From the NCBI GenBank assembly GCA_965644265.1, contig OZ286470.1, positions 20,336,001 to 20,400,000 on the forward strand: a stretch of DNA of 64,000 nucleotides, given 5' to 3'. The translations under genes were made by a program, and so were the position numbers. Origin of the DNA: Glycera tridactyla. Taxonomy: Eukaryota. This document shows, one piece after another, positions 60,147 to 64,000 of this stretch. The notes below the pieces were generated by a model, which searched no databases, was not told the origin of the DNA, and saw only the letters and a program-made list of their open reading frames with translations. The number at the start of each line of letters is the position of its first letter. Within the stretch, counting starts at the first letter, position 1.

Positions 60147-62259
60147 TACTATGATCTTGCCGATCAGTGCAAATTCTGACCAATTCTTCGTTATTTCCTG
60201 TTATCATCCGTCCTGAGAAATACCGATCCCGGCGAACTCTATATTATTGGATGACTCGATGGCGCAGCAGTTAGTGTGTTGCTGGCGATGGGCGCCTTAC
60301 TCGAAGGTTGTGGTTTCACCCCCATTCCTATCGTCACCATGTCCCATTCTCATTAATTCGATTTCCGAATATGATAAATATGGCATAAGACAAACTGGAC
60401 AAACTCACTGTCAGTACATGTGGCCAATTAAGCAAATTTATTCAAAATCAACAATATAGGTCAAGAAAATATATTCATGATACTGGGATCACAAAATCAT
60501 CCATATATCATTCATCTCATTCATTTGCATCCTCACTATCAATCATTCTATAAATATCCGCCTCATTCATCATTGAATCATATGTTGTTTAATGTTATGT
60601 TCCTTATCGTCGCCCTGGAAATGGATGTATTGTATATTTTGTGTACATGCATTTAATTGTTGATGACGATTTCAAATAAAGTGTTTAAAACAAAACAAAT
60701 TAATACTCCGCCTGGGATCCTGCGCATTCAGACCATATGAATACCCAACACTGGGCATGGAAATTTGACCCATGTTGATGGACTGGCCGCCTATCGTACG
60801 TCATATTTATGACATGAATTAAAACTGCATCGGCAAGAGTTAGTAAAAATGCCACTAATTTATGGTAAAAATGATTGAGAGACTGACTGTATTGTCAAGG
60901 ATATGTTAGAGAGTAGTGGTGATAGAATGAGTGAGTGTGTGTTTATTTATTGTAATATGAATGAGTGAGGTGAAATATTTGTTTGAATGAACATGAATGA
61001 ATGTGTGAATTGATAAAGTGCTCAATTTCGCTATCATTTTTGGCAACCTCAGTGGGACCCCGCTATTACACAGGTGACTTTTGTATTTAGGCATATATAT
61101 CTGTGCTTAGGGGTCACTTCAGCGCAATTCCTCTTCTGTATTAGCAATTCCCAATTTGTCAGTGGAAAGGGTCTGATGTTCGACCCTAGGTCAGCGGTTA
61201 GGGTGGTATTTTTCATACTAGAGGTCAGTGTTTAGGGTATGATTTTCAACTTGGTGTTCGCAGGTGATACATATAGAAAGTGCCTCTCCCCCGGGCCGGC
61301 CTTGCCTGTCTGTAAATGCACTTGCATATGCTGTAAATACCTTACTCGTGTATGCCGGAAAAAGCACATCATGTGCTAATCGCATATTCATACCTTGTAC
61401 TACTTTTTGTATTACATGTATTGCGAGTTAAAATAAAATTTATTTCGTTTCATTTCATTTCAATAAGTGTGTACAACTAGCGCGCTTTTGTGTGAGTTAT
61501 TTTGCGCTCAGACTTAAAATAGCAAAACAGGTGGTCTCTTGTCAATGTCAAATATAAATTTTGCTTCCAGGGGGTGGTCTCATCAAAGGTTACATTTGTA
61601 AGTATGTGTTTTCTCATTGAGTCCTCCAAGCTCTGAGAATCTCATTGTAAACGGATCGTCCTAAATAACCAGAAAACTCGAATAAGTAGGCAATTGCTAG
61701 CGTTTGCGACCACGCACTGTTTTCTCGTGGACTTGTTTCACTTTCACAAAAAACGTCAATACAAGTTCTTTGACTTTCAGGAGAGACCACGAGTTTACGA
61801 CTCCAAGCGGCTGCGGGGGGAACCAACTACAGTGGGGATTCTCCCACGATGATGACGTCATACTGGGGTTCCCTACGCGTCAAACTCCGCTTGTTTACGT
61901 CACCACTGAAACTGATCGAATGTGGGCCCGGATTTATTTCTGAAATAGGCACAACCACATTGACAACGGAGTAACGAGGAGGGCGAACTTCGAGAGGAGG
62001 TGTTCAAGAATCATCAGGTGAGATTATATTGAGATCCACCCTCAAACTTCTGAGATCGCACAGTTGATCGGTTTGTTGATCTCGTCAAAGATCCAGACTC
62101 TGAAGAAAGAAGTTCACAGTGGAGGGGGGGGGGGGGGGGGGGTGACCCTGTGAATATCTTCTGTTGACCTATTGCCTATGAGGGGGTTGCAGGTCATGTA
62201 CCAGCATGGGTCTTGTCAGAGAAGAATATTTCGTAATGGAAAAGTCATTGTGGCTCATA

Positions 62260-62627
62260 CAGTGAAACCTGTCTTGGGAGACCCCCTCTAATGGGAGACC
62301 ACTCTTTATCGGCTCATCTCTATTTGACATAGTCAAATATACCTCCAATGAGAAACCACCTGTCTTGAGAGACCACTTTTCGTTGGCGTTTGGGGTGGTC
62401 TCCCAAGACAGGTTTTACTGTATCCATACTATGAGTCATACATAGCCTATGACATAGTCATTAGTCAAAGCTCATCAAACTCCACCTCTCTATAAAGACC
62501 ACCGCTCTATAGCTATAGAGTTCACCCTGAACTGTGACCGCGGTAGTATTTTCAACAGTGAATTACCTCTATAAAGACCACCTTCCTATAAACTGATAAA
62601 GGCGGTCCTCATTGGGAGGTTTGACTG
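62260..62627. mobile_element. MITE family 2 copy (62260-62420) followed by a degenerate family 1 copy (~62464-62627)
   Basis: CAGTGAAACCTG...CAGGTTTTACTG; near-identical to 42744-42901. Confidence 0.75.
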
Positions 62628-64000
62628 TATGTGGTTGTGTGTGCCCCTTTTCAACTTTTGTTTGTCTGTTACCGAAGGTCACAGAATCAACATATCCCCA
62701 AACATTTATTGATAATGTAGTTTGAGCTGGATGACCAACTCAATTTGCAGACATTGCCCAAGATGGATCATGATCATCAGGTTTTTTTTTTCACAGTTTT
62801 TATAGGTCAGCATAATTCCAGAGCGAAGAAGATGTGAACTGACTGCTAGTGTGAGACACTCACCTACTACGATAGCCAAGCATTAACTCCTCATTCTGAC
62901 ACAAGATGGCATCAGATATGCAAACGTCGAGCGGTGGCCTGATGTGGATCTTCAGCAACAGATGTCGCTCCGACCTCGGTCGACATGTTCTTCGTTCACC
63001 TGCAAGACTAGATCAGAGCAGTCGAGCTCAGCTTAATGTCATTTTGGAAAGTTTCCTTGAGTCATCCGTAAGTAGCAATACGAATTGGTCTTACATTCAG
63101 AATTGATTATCCGGAAATTACTTCAATTTACTAATTGATCATAATCGATAAATGGTCAATACATGTACTTGATCAAGAGAGAACTTGTTACATGCGGATT
63201 GTGAGTGACATCACTTTGGAGGTGAGAAGACATAATTCCACCTGTTAAAAGACTCACAAGCTCCTGAAGATTTGGAAGATAGACAAATGTACCTAAATAA
63301 ATGGAGACTAGGTACATATTTGTACTAAAGACACTACATTTGATAATTAGTTCTGTCTTCCCGAAAAGGGAATGCAATAAAATCAATTCTAACAAAGTAA
63401 CTGATACGTAGAACCAATACGCATTTTGATTCGAATGAACCCATTTCTAGCTGATCATCTCTCTACTATGTTGTGAGCACCAGCAACTCCATTTATGGTC
63501 CAGGATATTCCTGGGCTGTGCCCTCATGCCCTAGGCTTATTGACTTCCAACTTATCAAGCATGGTTCAGGGCTCTACATTAACTTTTTCCTTCAGCTGTA
63601 CTTTGGGCTGGTGGAGTGGCAGGCAGGCAGACTCATGAAATCACCCGCCTTATCCACAAATCCACCTGCCTATGCCAGCAGGGTAACTCTTAGCATAGAG
63701 CCGTGTAGTTGATGAGGGAATCTGCCCAGCCAGTTCACATTTTTCAGATTGATTTCAGTAAATTGCTCTTTTATGCTTGGCTGTGAGTTTTCATGACCTG
63801 AGCACACAGACTTTGCTCAGGGCACATAGAAGTCTCTTGGATTTTTCTGGTCAGCAGGTAGAAATCCGTCATAAATAACTTGCATATATGAGCAGAGCAT
63901 GGTGATTTCCCAGGTGGGCAGATTAATTTTACTGACGTCTTCTCGCTCTGTAGATATAATATTCCCCTTGATATATTCTGAAAACAAAATACTGGAGTTT

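Noticed and set aside
63770-63977. Minus-strand frame NISRGILYLQS...KLFMTDFY faintly resembling kinase subdomains VI-VII
   Set aside because: No HRD/DFG, no convincing donor, and the window ends; cannot be supported without a search

Overview
Metazoan (probably marine invertebrate, inferred from repeat content) genomic scaffold with ten N gaps. Exon structures were derived by hand from splice sites and similarity to human proteins recalled from memory; no database was searched. It holds two convergent spliced genes. (1) A divergent GLTP-domain (CPTP-like) gene on +, 4 coding exons, 1544-13643, about 223 aa. (2) A complete TGFBRAP1/VPS3 gene on -, 21 coding exons, 58273-29352, 857 aa, all introns GT-AG. 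Between them sits an apparently intact, young tyrosine-recombinase retrotransposon of Ngaro type (15385-22440, -) with split direct repeats A1-ORFs-B1-A2-B2. Besides gag, RT/RNaseH and YR it carries an SGNH-hydrolase ORF placed 5' of gag, inside what looks like a spliceable intron. Other notable items: a minisatellite built from the 3' half of a coding exon plus its splice donor, a candidate 9-nt microexon, a long-TIR foldback-like element with a decayed coding core, and a twin CCAAT/CRE/TATA module antisense inside TGFBRAP1. There are also many TA-target MITEs, Helentron-like elements, SINE-like repeats and microsatellites. I found no rRNA, bona fide tRNA or CRISPR array.
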